64,000 nt of DNA from Lama guanicoe (taxonomy: Eukaryota), in the NCBI GenBank assembly GCA_013239625.1, contig MU056000.1, forward strand, positions 12,599,175-12,663,174. Reading direction: 5' to 3'. A program made the position numbers and the translations under genes. Positions 38,098 through 50,470 of the stretch are shown here, one piece after another. Under the pieces are notes generated by a model. It was not told the DNA's origin. It saw only the letters and a program-made list of their open reading frames with translations, and ran no database searches. The stretch's first letter is position 1. Every line of letters starts with the position of its first letter.

Positions 38098-40261
38098 AAG
38101 TCACCAGGTATTCTCTTGACTGAGGTCCTGATGGAGCTGTTAGAATTGTCAAGTAAGACAATTCTATTGACCTCCCTTCTTGGGCTGTGCCCAGGAAGGA
38201 CAGATGACCCACTTTGATTTGGACTGGGAGCCAAGGATCCTGGCTCCATGTTGGAATATTAGCCCATTTGGGGTGAGAAGGAATAGACTGAGATTTGCAC
38301 AGCCTTCAGCCAGCCCCAGGTAAGAAGCCAGTTTAGTGAAGAAAGACAGAGTTCATATGCCCAGCTCCACCTTGAGTTTCCTTCACACTTTCTATTCAGA
38401 TTCCAGGGATCCTCTTTGGGACCCTCTCCTTTCCCCCAAGGCTGCCTGGGATGCTCATTTGACCAGCATCCTCTAGATGGAAATTCTAGAATTGCTGGGT
38501 GTCACACCTCTCATAGGGGCAGATCAGGCCTTCAGACATTTCCCTTGGTTTCTAGCTGGAAAAGTCTCAATTTGAAAAGCAGATGTAGCGGGGTGGGGAG
38601 CAGAAGGGTCATGTGCATTACCCCAATATAAGGCACAGTGACATTATTAGTCTTATAACCTGTCACCTGGAAATCTCAGCAAATAATGGTAAAAACCATA
38701 CTGGCTTTTCTGCCCAAGGGACAGCAGAGACAGACTCTTTGCCCCCACATCAGCCCACTTTTTTCTCAACAAGGAGAGGGAGAATTGGCCCAGTTGGCAA
38801 TTCAGAGTGAAGTTCTACAGACATACATTTATGAGTTACCTTTTCTCAGTAATGGAAATAATTCCTTAATTCAGGAAGGAACACAGAGTTAGGGGTTAGA
38901 AGCTCTGGTTATTGCACCAACCCACTGCATAGCCCTCTCTACCCTCTCCCCACCTCTGTGTCCCCTGCTGTAACATGGATTGATCTGTGATACTAGTGTG
39001 TGTTCTACCTCTGCCATTTTCATAAGGCTGTACTGTCCAACTGAAACATGGGCACAGAAACCATGATGAGAAGAAAGCATATTTGAAATCTGGGTGGTCC
39101 TCATTAATCCCGTTAGCTTTTTTTACTGGTTCTTTCAAAAGAAAACTATTTTCATAAATATTTCCTTTGAAAATCCTTGCTTATCTTAAAGACTTACTAG
39201 AACATCTTTCTCAGACATGGAAGCATGTTATTCTCTGCTTAATTTGAAGTTTGATTACCAGGCACATTTATCTAAAAAAAAAACAATGATATTACTTAAG
39301 TCAAATTTTATACAGAAGATAGGTCACCTATTAAAAAAATAAGTAATTGTAATATGCCTCATAATTTTTTCCAGGATTATGGTAAATATATTCTTTATTT
39401 TTTACTTCCCCAAACCATTAGCTACCAAATAGAACATTAGATTAAAATTTTTTAATTAGAAAGTTATTTAGAGAAAAACAATATAAATCTTAAATATCTC
39501 ATATTTACCTCCTTCTGCAACTCTGAACATTAAATTTTGTTAAAAGACATATAGGACATATGAAGGACAGCTTAGGAAGGACAGCCACTTGAGGTTGCAG
39601 TAAATAAAGCAGGCTCCCTGTTCAAGTTAAATGTGTGTGATTATCTGAAAGCTATTTACAGTTCCCATAAAATACCTTTCTCTCTGTATTCATTACTGCA
39701 AGGATTGAAAAGGGAGGTCTAATATTTTCTACTTTTAATCTCTTTGCCAACTATCAGTGGCTGGTGGAAAAAAGAAAGGAAGAAAAGAGAGCAAGAAAGC
39801 AAGAAAGCAAAAGAATCACTCCGATTTGGCCTTCATGATCCCCTATTGCTCTGTCTGCAAATTGCACTGAGATCAGGCAGATGGGAGGCCAGCTGCAGCC
39901 ACACAGGATGGGGCCCGAGGGACCGCACACAAAGCAGCTGGCACTGCTGGGACCCCGAGCCAGCTTCTGCCTCTGATCACCCCCAGCACGGCTCTGTCTG
40001 GTCTAGCATCAGTCACACCCACCAGCGCAGACCTGAATGGTTTGTCTCAAGTCGGGAATGTTAATAGAAGCTGATTGTCCGAAGCCGGCTAAGAACCTTT
40101 TCACCATTGTTTACTTCTAACGTGTGCCTTGTTCAGCAGCCGCTCTGTGATGAGGCCACCTCAGCAATAGGAGAGGGGGAGGGTGCTCCCACGGATGCCT
40201 TCCTACCTCAGGGGAGGTGATACACAGAAAGGACTTGGTAAATTGCAAACTCTTTCCTGGA

Positions 40262-40450
40262 GGAATATCCTCTGAAGTGTAGTCTCTGGACCAGTGGCAG
40301 CGGCATCGCCTGGGAACTTGTTAGAAATGCAGATTCTCTGGGTGCACCCAAGACCTACTGAATTGGAGGCTGAGGGTTTGGGCCCCAGGAGTCTGCATTT
40401 AGGCAAGCCCTGCTGGTGATTCTGACGCATGCTCAAGTCTGAGGATTACT
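40262..40450. mobile_element. MER5A hAT-Charlie MITE
   Basis: GGACCAGTGGCAGCGGCATCGCCTGGGAACTTGTTAGAAATGCAGATTCTC...GGTGATTCTGACGCATGCTCAAGTCTGAG. Confidence 0.9.
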
Positions 40451-41232
40451 ATTTTATGCCTTTTGTATGTGTTTCTATAATAATATTGATATTTTCAAAT
40501 TCATGTTGTCAAAATCAACATTTTCAATTTCACATCTGCAAAATGTCCTGTCTTTCTAGTGGCTCACGGGGCCCCGTGTCACATCTGTTATGTCATGGGC
40601 CTTACAGCTTCAGACAGCAGATGTCTTTGGTCTTGCGGCCGCCTCTCCGGCTCCAGGTTGGACATCCGTCCCTTGATTCTCATCTTTCCTCACAGCAACC
40701 TTCGGATTACATCCAGTTTGATCACTTAATGGGAGTTTATGCTTCTTGGGTCATAAGATCCGTAAATATACTTTCCCTTGGTTTCTTAAGACCACTGTAT
40801 TTGGCGGAATCCCAAATTAAGTGTTTTTTCTATTAAGTGATTTAAAAAAAATCTGGATTCGATCCTACATTCTTTTCATGATATTGAAGACTTACGGACT
40901 TGGATAAATATTCTACAAGATATTCAGTTGAATTTTGGATATTTCACTCAGCTTCCCCTGCCCAGGCACAATTTATAAAGCAATTCCAGCAACACATACA
41001 CATAAGCAAGCATTCGTGTGCAATTGAAAAATTTCAAGTTCGCAGGCTTTAAGGGCCTGCTTTCCATTTTGTCTTCTCCCAAAGGATGACTTCTGGGTGG
41101 AGTGAAAGGAGAAGGGCTGAAATTTCTTTCCTTCCTTTGTGGATTTTCTTGGGGAAGTGAATGGCTATTAATAATGGCAAGTTGGAAAAAAAATTCCTAA
41201 CTTTCACAGTGGATTGTATTGGTAACTGTTTC

Positions 41233-41316
41233 GTTTCCCCTTCCTTCCTTCCTTCCTTCCTTCCTTCCTTCCTCTTTCTTCCTCTCTTTCTTTCTTCCTC
41301 TCTTTCTTTCTTCCTC

Positions 41317-41347
<31 letters not shown>

Positions 41348-41389
41348 CTCTTTCTTTCTCTCTTTCTTTCTTTCTTTTCTTCTTTCTTT

Positions 41390-41479
<90 letters not shown>

Positions 41480-41678
41480 TTCCTTCCTTCCTTCCTTCCT
41501 TCCTTCCTTCATTCCTTCCTTCTTCCTTCCTTCCTTCCTTCCTTCCTTCCTTTCTTCCTTTCTTCCTTTCTTCCTTTCTTTCTCTCTATTGAAGTACAAT
41601 CAATTACAATGCATTTATCTCTGGTGCACAGCACTATGTCCCAGTCATGCATACACATACGTATATTTGTTTTCATAT
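41233..41678 (-). mobile_element. Short L1 3' end whose tail is the microsatellite; 14-bp TSD
   Basis: ATTGAAGTACAATCAATTACAATG...TTTTCATAT at 41588-41678. TSD TTGGTA(A/G)CTGTTTC at 41219-41232 and 41679-41692. Confidence 0.9.
41239..41587. repeat. Compound (TTCC)n/(TTTC)n/(TC)n microsatellite, ~350 bp almost pure pyrimidine
   Basis: Directly visible. Confidence 0.99.
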
Positions 41679-43044
41679 TTGGTAGCTGTTTCTAAACTGG
41701 GGAGTGTTTAAAAAGTTGTAGCGCTTAAAGAGAAAATTCTAGCTTCCATATCCAACTAGTATTTCACTCAAAATGTATTAATCAAATCTTTGACCCCTTA
41801 CCATGGGTCCGCAATGGTTCCATCTGAGGTATATGGGTGAACCAAATGAACACCTAGGATAAACGATAAATAATATATTATCAGTGTATATAATATTCCA
41901 GAAGAGACAGCAGCAGAACTGTTTCTATGTGCAGACATTTCAGAACCTCCCTGAGACTTAACCACGGGGGTACTTTGGGGGATTGCTCCCACCACCCACA
42001 GACTGTGATTAGCTTGGGCTTTGGCCAGGATTTGTTGGCCCAGGTTTCTGAGTGTCCAGTAGAAACGTGGCGCCTCAGCCTGTGCCAGGTGAGCAAGGCC
42101 ACACAAGCTTCAGGAAGGTCCCGCCTGTCCGGGGAGGGCTGCTCAGAGAGGCCCGCTCCTCCCGCCCCGCAGCCTCCCTGCTACTGACCCGGAGAACCTG
42201 ATACCCTTCAAAATAGAGAGTATATTGATCTGTTTTTGAGGCCACAAATGCCAAAGCTCTGACAGCTAATGTGACTTCAGAAGGTTAAATACGGCTTTGG
42301 AAAGAATTACTGGCGGCCCACAAACGTTTTCTAGGTGATCGGATATGCAGACATGGAGAATGAAGACGTCCGCGGTGGGTTTCTGTGCCCCCAGATGCAT
42401 CTCTCCAGGCATACGTCATGTCCTCTGTGTTTTATCTGGGTCTGCAGCACCCTGTGCCTTCATTAGACAATGTCATGCCTGGAAAATTAGGAAAAATGAG
42501 AGGAAAAGAGAATATGTCAAAGACTGGAAAACAGTTCCCTTTACTTTTATGAATTATACATGTATTGATCAGTAAGCCTGCCTCTCTCCCATTGTGCTCC
42601 AGAGGGTGGTTCGGGGCGGGGGCGGGGGGGAACGAAATAGAAAGAGAGAGGGGGAGGGGGGGAGAGAGAGAGAAAGAATGGAATATGAACCCTTTGTAGT
42701 GGGATGCAAAATTCAAACTTCTTGGGTTAAAAACACCGAGAATTTGGCAATACGTTACCCAGCGACAGATTTAGAAACTTCTTTGTCATTTGATCTTTCA
42801 GCTTTTTCCTCCTCTTTCCTTTTATACAGCATGGGCAGTAAAAATAACTTGGTTTTCATGTTCAGTTCAGTTTTGCTCCCTTGTCTTTCATGTGGTGGAA
42901 ATTGCGCTCGGCTTGAATTTACAGAAAATATCTCAGGAAAACACTCAGATGGTCTAGCCTTGAAATATTTTCTTGATTTCTGTTTAATAAAATTTATGTG
43001 ACTATGGACTGAATCATATTAAAGTGGAGTTTTGCTGAACATTT

Positions 43045-43240
43045 CAGCCTCAGAAAACCTGGGCTTGAACTTCAACTGTATCTCCCAGCCATGTGACCAG
43101 TAATCATGTTACGTCACCTCTTTCCGTTCATAATTTTATGTGTAAAGTGTTGGTGATCACATGGCCTGACCTTTCCCAGCATTGTTTGGAGTGTTATAAG
43201 AATAATATGTGAATTTGCTCTGCAAACTAAAAAGTCCACC
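43045..43240 (+). mobile_element. MIR
   Basis: CAGAAAACCTGGGCTTGAAC...AGCCATGTGACC...TCACCTCT...TGTAAAGTG. Confidence 0.6.
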
Positions 43241-44224
43241 AAAAGTTGGTTATCAATATTAAAATATTTCTAATATTTCAAAATTTAAATATTAAATTAT
43301 TTGAATATTACCATTAAGAGAGTATCTTTTGAGAAAATTTCTAAAGTTGAGTTTGAAGCTCTCCTTGGAAAAAATGGACATAGAAATGATAGGATGTTTC
43401 TTTTTTCCTTGGACTTAGGCTTTTGTACCCTGGAGATAAACTGAAAAGGAAGGGGAAATTTTTCTAGAATGGCATATGGATAAGTAGCTACTTACGTGTC
43501 TTTGATTGACCAGGCTGCTGTAATTGATTTATGCTCATTTCACTGCTTGTGTGAAGTCTGTGTTGTGCACAAATGTGATGTTAGCCCATAATTCCATTAT
43601 GAAAGCGTGAATTATAGGTAATTAAAGGTTGTGAGACTGAAAGGTGATGCTTCCCCAGAGGTATAGTTTTGTGAGATCACATTTCCATTATGTGTGTTAG
43701 TTCTCAGAACTAAATAGGAACAGCCTCCCATCCCTCACCAGTCCCACCAGCACAGTGGTAGGAGGGTACTTGGTTTAAGGAACTTGCTCCTGCTGGCTTT
43801 CATTTTGGGGAACAAAATGATGATCATACCTAACAGTGTACAACGTCCCACCTACTACAGGCAGTAGAAAGTTCTGCTGATCCTTACTTGGGGTACTCTG
43901 ACTTATTTAGAAGATGGAGCAGGAACAATGTTCTTTCATGTTCTGTCCAGGTTTGAGGGTCTTGTGGATGCTTAACAATGAGTAAACTGTCCATGACACT
44001 GTGAAGAGATTCCACCAGTTGTTTGCTCGCTTCCTGAATGAATACTCAGCCTTTGCCAGATCCCAGGAAACACAGCACTCTAAAAATCGGGACAGGAGAA
44101 AGCATATTTATTTCGTTGATGAATGGCATTAATTGCAGATACAGTGAGTAGACTCAAATCAAGAAGTCTTGTGATTTGCCTTTTCCGCCAGCTGATGCTC
44201 ATTGACGTGATGCTTTGGAATATC

Positions 44225-44447
44225 TGAGAGAGCAAAAGTGCTTCTGAATGAACTTCTTTGTGGTTATAACCCAGCTCCATCTCTTACTGTGACACTTGCA
44301 GAGGGTTTCTTAGTCTTTCTGACCTCCGTTTCCTCATCTGCAAAGTCAGAGCAGGGCTGTTGCAAGACTTCCATCAACTATTATCTTTAAATGTCTTAAA
44401 GCATATCTGGAGCATTATAAACATTCACTAAATGGTAGCTATTATTT
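44225..44447 (+). mobile_element. MIR
   Basis: CCCAGCTCCATCTCTTACTGTGAC...CCTCCGTTTCCTCATCTGCAAA...TAAATGGTAGCTATTATT. Confidence 0.8.
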
Positions 44448-46799
44448 ACAAACTTCAGAAAAATAATTAAAGCAACGGAATCACCCCATATACTGAAGAC
44501 TTTTTAAAGCCAGGACGAAAACAATGTCTTCTGTTTGGTGTTTGTGTTATGGCCTTGGGCACAATTATTGTTATGTTAATAGACTTGCTGGAATAAAGGG
44601 CATTGTGCTAGGTGAACTCTGCATCACACTGCATCACAGCCTTTGCTTTTATTTAAAGAAGGATACTGAAACGCAACAATGAAAGAAGTACTGATTGGTA
44701 ACAAAGTTTACATATGTATTCAGCAAGATAGGCAATCCTCCTTAGCCAATTCATTTTCAAGACACAACCTCTGCTGTTGCTCTGCTGTGCTATACGCCGC
44801 ATGTACATTACAAACAGTACGTTACCACGGCCTGAGAGCTTCTCTCTGATAGATGGGCCATTGCTGGTGGTATCCAATCCCTCTTTCTTTTCTTTTCCTT
44901 TTTCTTAGTTTCCTTGTACCATACTCTTTTTTTTTTTTAAACCTTTTTCCTTCTCCCAGTCCTGTCTGAGGTTGCCAAACAAAGCTACAGCCTCTGTCGG
45001 ATTTCCACTACCAATGCAGTGACAGAAATAGAGATTAGCAACCTGTCAGAAGAGCATGCTTTACTAAACAAAGGAAAGATGGATAACTCGCCCCCTCTAA
45101 ATGGCAGAGCTACTGCACATAACTTTTGTTTGAATGAATTGTGGTTTCCAGTGATGGCTGATGTTAGAATTCTGCGCAAATAGAACTTACTTACACTTTT
45201 GTAATTCTCCCCGACAGAGCATTAATACCGCAAGTGCTATCCCTGACCTAGGCAAGGGACTCCAAAAAAGGGAAGTGGCAGTGGGTTATGTTTCTGCTGT
45301 TCTAGAGTTACACATTTCTCACGGCTCTTTGGGCAAATGAGTGGAGATACCCATGGACATAATTATGACAAAGCAAAGGAAGGAATGGCTATGCTTCAAA
45401 GCAATGAAACTGATGGAAGAAGAATCCATGTAGATGTCAGCACTTCTGAGTGTACAAGTGCTGCTGTGAGTGAGGACCAGAATCTACCGTGTTTGTTTGA
45501 GCTCTTCCACAGAGCAGGGGGCTCAGTGCCCAGGGAATATGTTGTGTGCACTGGCACAGAAGGAGCGGAAAGAGAGGGAAGCAGTTGCCAAAGAACAGGG
45601 GACTAGGACTCAACCGGTCTTGAAAAAAGCTCAGCTTCTTTCCCAAGTTTTGTTTTAACTGTGAATAAAGCCACAGTGACTCCCTAGACATTGCCAGGGA
45701 ACCTTCTTGTTATAATGAATTGTCCTTCTCCTTAGCTTGCAGTCATGTTATTTTATACTTCATTCTCTAGTTAGACCGGCAGCCCATCCCTCATATGCTG
45801 TTTCTTCAAGTTGTATGGCTGCAAAGCCATATTGTCCTCATTCTTTCCTTGGACAGGGGTGTTAATGTGGCCTCAGTAAGTTCACCCTGTTGAGCAGAAG
45901 TCAGAGACTCTTGATATTGGCCTCAAGATTCAACCAGCGTTTCTACCTGTTATAGAACCTAAGACAAATTCTCCAAGTATGATTTTTCTGCTTCCCTTGA
46001 TCCTTAAAAAGAAATGAAAATTGATAAAGATGCCAGGAAAACTCAGTCATCTTTGTGACAGTCTCATCCTTTGTGGTGCACTTTTTAGAACTGGGACATA
46101 GTGGAGCTCTTCACTCCATCTCTTGCTTCAAGACCACCCCGAGGGTATATGGGATCCTGGATGCATAGTTTTCATGTGGGTCCTTTGTTTAGATAATCAA
46201 TTTCATTTTAAAATATTTTGCAAAATTCGTGAACATCTGAGGCAGAGTGATTTGTCACTAAAGGTTTAGAATGATGACTAGAAAAGAGGTACTGATGTAT
46301 TTGTTTACTGACCAATCAGAACAATTGATTTTTCATGGTATCTAGACACTGTCTCAGTTTAGATCCAGGAATCAGTTCTTCATATTCTTTGTTGTCAAAT
46401 GTGCTGTTACTGGGTAATTTCATATTTCCCACTGAGGGAAAAAAAGTAACAACACTTATTATTCAAGTCCCATAGCTCTCAGGACCTGTCTGCACTGAAA
46501 TTTTATAGCTCTTCTTGACTACGTGTCCTGATGCCATTTGTTTCACATTGGTTACACCATTATTCATGGTGCCGCACCATCCATCCTGCTCCCTGTGAGA
46601 CTGGCTTCCGATGGCTCTTTGAAGGTTGTTCCTGTGATTCTTTGAAGATGACCACAAATGCACACAGTATACAGGAAAATGTGCACAGTGATTTATTTTA
46701 TGGCTGTGTTAAATTTATCACTTGGCATTTTATAGCATATATATATATATATATAGAACACTTTCCAACTGTGTCTTCTCTTGAACTCTTGAGGCTGCA

Positions 46800-47950
46800 G
46801 TCACAGCAGTCCTAAAATGTGATTTCTTTCCTTGTTGATTGCACCCCTGGTTTTGACCCACCATGGCCAGTGGGGCAGGTGGGGGGGGTCTGTAGGTAGA
46901 GCAAGAGTCATCCAACTCATACAAGGAAGCCCTGACCCCCATGTGGCTCAGCTGGACCTTGGAGAGCACAAAGTCACCACATCAATTGGAGGCAAGAGAA
47001 GACATGGACTAGAAGGGCCTGTTGACGTGGTAGAGCAACAGTCTCACCTCCTGCTTGGAGCAGATGGGTGTGGTCACCCCCAAGGACAGTGTGACATGTG
47101 GTGCAGAGCCTGTGGAGAGATGAGGTGACTGCCCTGAGTGCCAGCAGCGGGGGGTGCCATTTTGGGTGCTGAAGACCAGAGGCAGCAGCACGGGGGAAGC
47201 ATGGTGGGTGACTCGGGATGCAGGAGACCACATATGCTGTTCAAACTCAAGGGTGGGCCATAGGCTGTTGGGAGCCCAGAGTTCTGAACTCATCCTGTGT
47301 CCGTGTGACTGAGAATCACTCAAAATCTGAGTGTCAGCACCCTTCCAGTGTAGCCCAGTCTCACCCCTCCCATGAAAGCAGTTCTGTGCCTGTCAGCACT
47401 TTGGGAGCAGTACAACTGGTGAGCAGCACTCACCAGCTTGCCTTCTGAAAACTGCAGCCCAACTCCAGGGCCTCAGGATGACCCCACAGGCACAAGCTTT
47501 AGAGCAAATTGGGGCACCGAACCCACCCTGTGCACAGGATGGAGGGTTGGAGAGAAGTCTAAAGCAGAGAAACAGAGACTGGGCACATGCCGCCCTCTGC
47601 CCAGGCTCAGGGCCACCAGACAATGCTGCCAGCTCCAGTCAAGCCCCAGCACTAGGGCAGTGCGGGTAGAGAGTCGTCAAAATTTCATGAAGGCACAGGG
47701 GAGTGCAGGGCCCCGAGGCACAGGGACCCAGGCAGGAGTCCACCTTACCTGGGTCTGAAGTTAGTATTACCTTCTGTTTGTTACCTGAGAAAAAGGGACT
47801 GAAGAGAATAAAACAAGAGGACAGATTTGGAAGGGATGAGGTAAAGTGTGAACTGTTCTTGCAAGTCTGAGTCCTGAGAAGGGGTGTCCCTGGATTGACT
47901 CTGATTTAAGGGATTGAAAAGTATTTAACCAAAGAATTTAATTCATAAAC
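46800..47950 (+). mobile_element. Unassigned GC-rich block, possibly an ancient Gypsy-type (MamGypLTR-like) LTR
   Basis: Abrupt G-rich segment (GCAGTCCTAAAATG...CCCCTGGTTTTGACCC...GCCCTGACCCCCATGTGGCTCAGCTG) resembling recalled ancient LTR consensus. No coherent protein in any frame. Confidence 0.35.
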
Positions 47951-48152
47951 AACAACAATAACAATAAAAAAAAAAGCTCTTACAGTGAAAGTTCAACAAT
48001 TCTGCACTGGAAGGAGAAAAATGCTATACAGGACATTATTAGGTCAACTGACTGAATTAGAACATGGCTGGTAGATTAAATAAAATTATTGTGTCAGTGT
48101 GACTGTATGAAGTTGGTAACTGTACAGTGGTTATGTAAGAGACTATTCCTCA

Positions 48153-48307
48153 GGGGGAGGGTGTAGCTTGGTGGTAGAACACATGCATAGGGTGTGTGGG
48201 GTCTTGGGTTCAATCCCCAGTACTTCTGTTAAAATAAATAAGTAAATAAGCCTAATTACCTCCCTCCAAAACAAAAATGAAAACAAACCAAATAAAATTA
48301 AAAAAAA
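48153..48307 (+). mobile_element. Camelid tRNA-derived SINE (Vic-1-like)
   Basis: GGGGGAGGGTGTAGCTTGGTGGTAGA...GGGTTCAATCCCCAGTAC...AAATAAGCCTAATTACCTCCC plus A-rich tail. Confidence 0.9.
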
Positions 48308-48435
48308 GAGAGAAGTTTCCTTTTCCTATGGGAGGCATACTCTAAAGTATTTAGAGGTAAGAACCATGTTCAGAAAAGAAGATCTCTCTCTCTCTCTCTC
48401 TTTCCAACTATTATCCATCTATCTATTTATCTGTC

Positions 48436-48763
48436 TGTCTTAGTTCTATAGGCCGCTGTAACAAATTACCATAAACAAATTAAATAACAAAGCTCTGTTT
48501 CTCACAGCTCTGGAGGCTGGAAGTCTGAGATGAAGATGCAGGCCTGGCGAGGTCCTTGGTAAGGTCTTTTGCCCTGGTTTACAGCTGTGTCCTCACGTGG
48601 CAGAAAACAAGCCAGCTGATTATTAGGGCACTAATCCCATCTGTGAGGGCTCCACTCTGATGATCTAATTACCTCCCAAAGGTCTCACCTCCAGATATCA
48701 TAATTTGGGATTATGGTTTTAATATACAGATTTGGAGGGGGGCACAGGCATTCACTCATTGCT
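48436..48763 (-). mobile_element. MaLR solo LTR, MLT1A/A0-like
   Basis: TGTCTTAGT...TCTCACAGCTCTGGAGGCTGGAAGTCTGAGAT...GGCACTAATCCCAT...CTAATTACCTCCCAAAGG. Confidence 0.88.
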
Positions 48764-48861
48764 CTATCTATCCATCTATCATCAATCATCTGTCATCTAT
48801 AGCAAATAGGGTAAACTTTTAACAACAGCAGACTCTGTGGAGAGTAAATAAGTGGCTTTGT

Positions 48862-50470
48862 GACTTAAAGAAACGGAAAGGCATCCTGTGCTCTTGGATT
48901 GGAAGAATTAATATTGTTAAAATGGCCATATTACCCAAAGCAACCTACAGATTTAATGTGATCCCTATCAAATTACCCAGGACATTCTTCACAGAACTAG
49001 AACAAATAATCTTAAACTTTATATGGAATCACAAAAAACTCAGAATTGCCAAAACCATCCTTAGGAAAAAGAACAAAGTTGGAGGCGGAACTCTCCCACA
49101 CTTCAGACAATACTGCAAAGCTATAGTAATCAAAACAGTAGTCAATTAATCTTTGACAAAGCAGCCAATAATATACAATGGAGAAAAGACAGGCTCTTAA
49201 GCAAGTGGTGTTGGGAAAGCTGGACAGCCATGTAAATCAATGAAGTTAGAACTTTCCCTCACACCATACACAAAAATAAACTCAAAATGGCTTAAAGCTC
49301 TAAATATAAGTCATAACACCATTAAACTTCTGGAAGAGAATGTAGGGAAAACATTTTCTGACATAAATCAAACCAATGTTTTCCTAGGTCAGTCTCCCAA
49401 GGCAATAGAAATAAAAGCAAAAATAAACAAATGGGACCTAATCAAACTTAATAAGCTTTTGCACAGCAAAGGAAACCATAAACAAAATGAAAAGACAACC
49501 TACAGACTGGAAGGAAACATTTGCAAACCATGTGACCAACAAAGGATTAATTGCCAAAATTTACAAACAGCTCATACAACTCAATAAAAACATACAACCT
49601 AGTCCAAAAATGGGCAGAAGACCTGAACAAAATTCTCCAATGAAGACATACAAATAGCCAATAAGCACATGTAAGATGCTCAACATTGCTAATTTAATCA
49701 AAACTACAATAGATATCAGGATGGTCAGAATGGTCATCAGTAAAAAGTCCACAAATGATAAATGCTGGAGCGGGTGTAGAGAAAAGGAAACACTCCTACA
49801 CTGTTGGTGGGAATTTAATTTGGTGCAACCACTATGGAAACAGTACTTAAACAACTAAAAATAGCATTGCCATATGATCCAGCAATCCCACTCCTGGGCA
49901 CTTATCCAGAGAAAACTCTAATTTGGAAAGATACCTGCACCCTAATGTTTACAGCATCACCATTTACAATAGCCAAGATATAGAAGCAACCTAAATGTCC
50001 ACTGACAGATGACTGAATAAAGAAGATGTATATGAAATAGAATATTACTCAATCATAAAAAAGAATGAAATAAGGCCATTTGCAGCAACATGGATGGACC
50101 TAGAGATAATCATAGTCAATCAGACAAAGACAAATATCATATGGTATCTCTTATATGTGGAGTTTAAAATACAATACCAATGAACTTATTTACCAAACAG
50201 AAACAGACTCACAGACATAGAAAACAAACTTTTGGTTACCAAAGAGGAAAGGCTGGAGGAGGGATAAATAAGGAGTTTGGAACTAGCAGATACAAACTAT
50301 TCTATGTAAAATAGATACATAACAAGGACCTACTGTATAGCAAAGGGAACTGTATTCAATATATTGTAATAATTTATAATAAAAAATAATATGAAAAATA
50401 TCTACGTATGTATAACTGAATGACTTTGCTGTACACCAGAAATGAATACAACACTGTAAATCAGTTATAG
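48862..50470 (+). mobile_element. L1 fragment (~1.6 kb): disrupted ORF2 C-terminal region + 3'UTR
   Basis: ORF2 peptides [36 protein letters not shown] and [23 protein letters not shown]. Stops, frameshifts and a deletion near 49140; no A-tail. Confidence 0.97.

Noticed and set aside
41161..41695. Long ORFs (143, 131 and 158 aa) rich in F/L/S or K/E/R
   Set aside because: They are translations of the (TTTC)/(TTCC) microsatellite.
45085..45110. Possible CTCF site (reverse GCCATTTAGAGGGGGCGAG)
   Set aside because: Only the AGGGGGCG half fits; the upstream CC..C positions do not align.
48153..48230. tRNA-like sequence with A and B boxes (also at 18165-18239 and 52765-52832)
   Set aside because: These are SINE heads followed by SINE body, A-tail and TSD-like flanks, with no intact cloverleaf.
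48922..49858. ORFs with real protein similarity
   Set aside because: They are broken L1 ORF2 C-terminal fragments, not a host gene or an active element.
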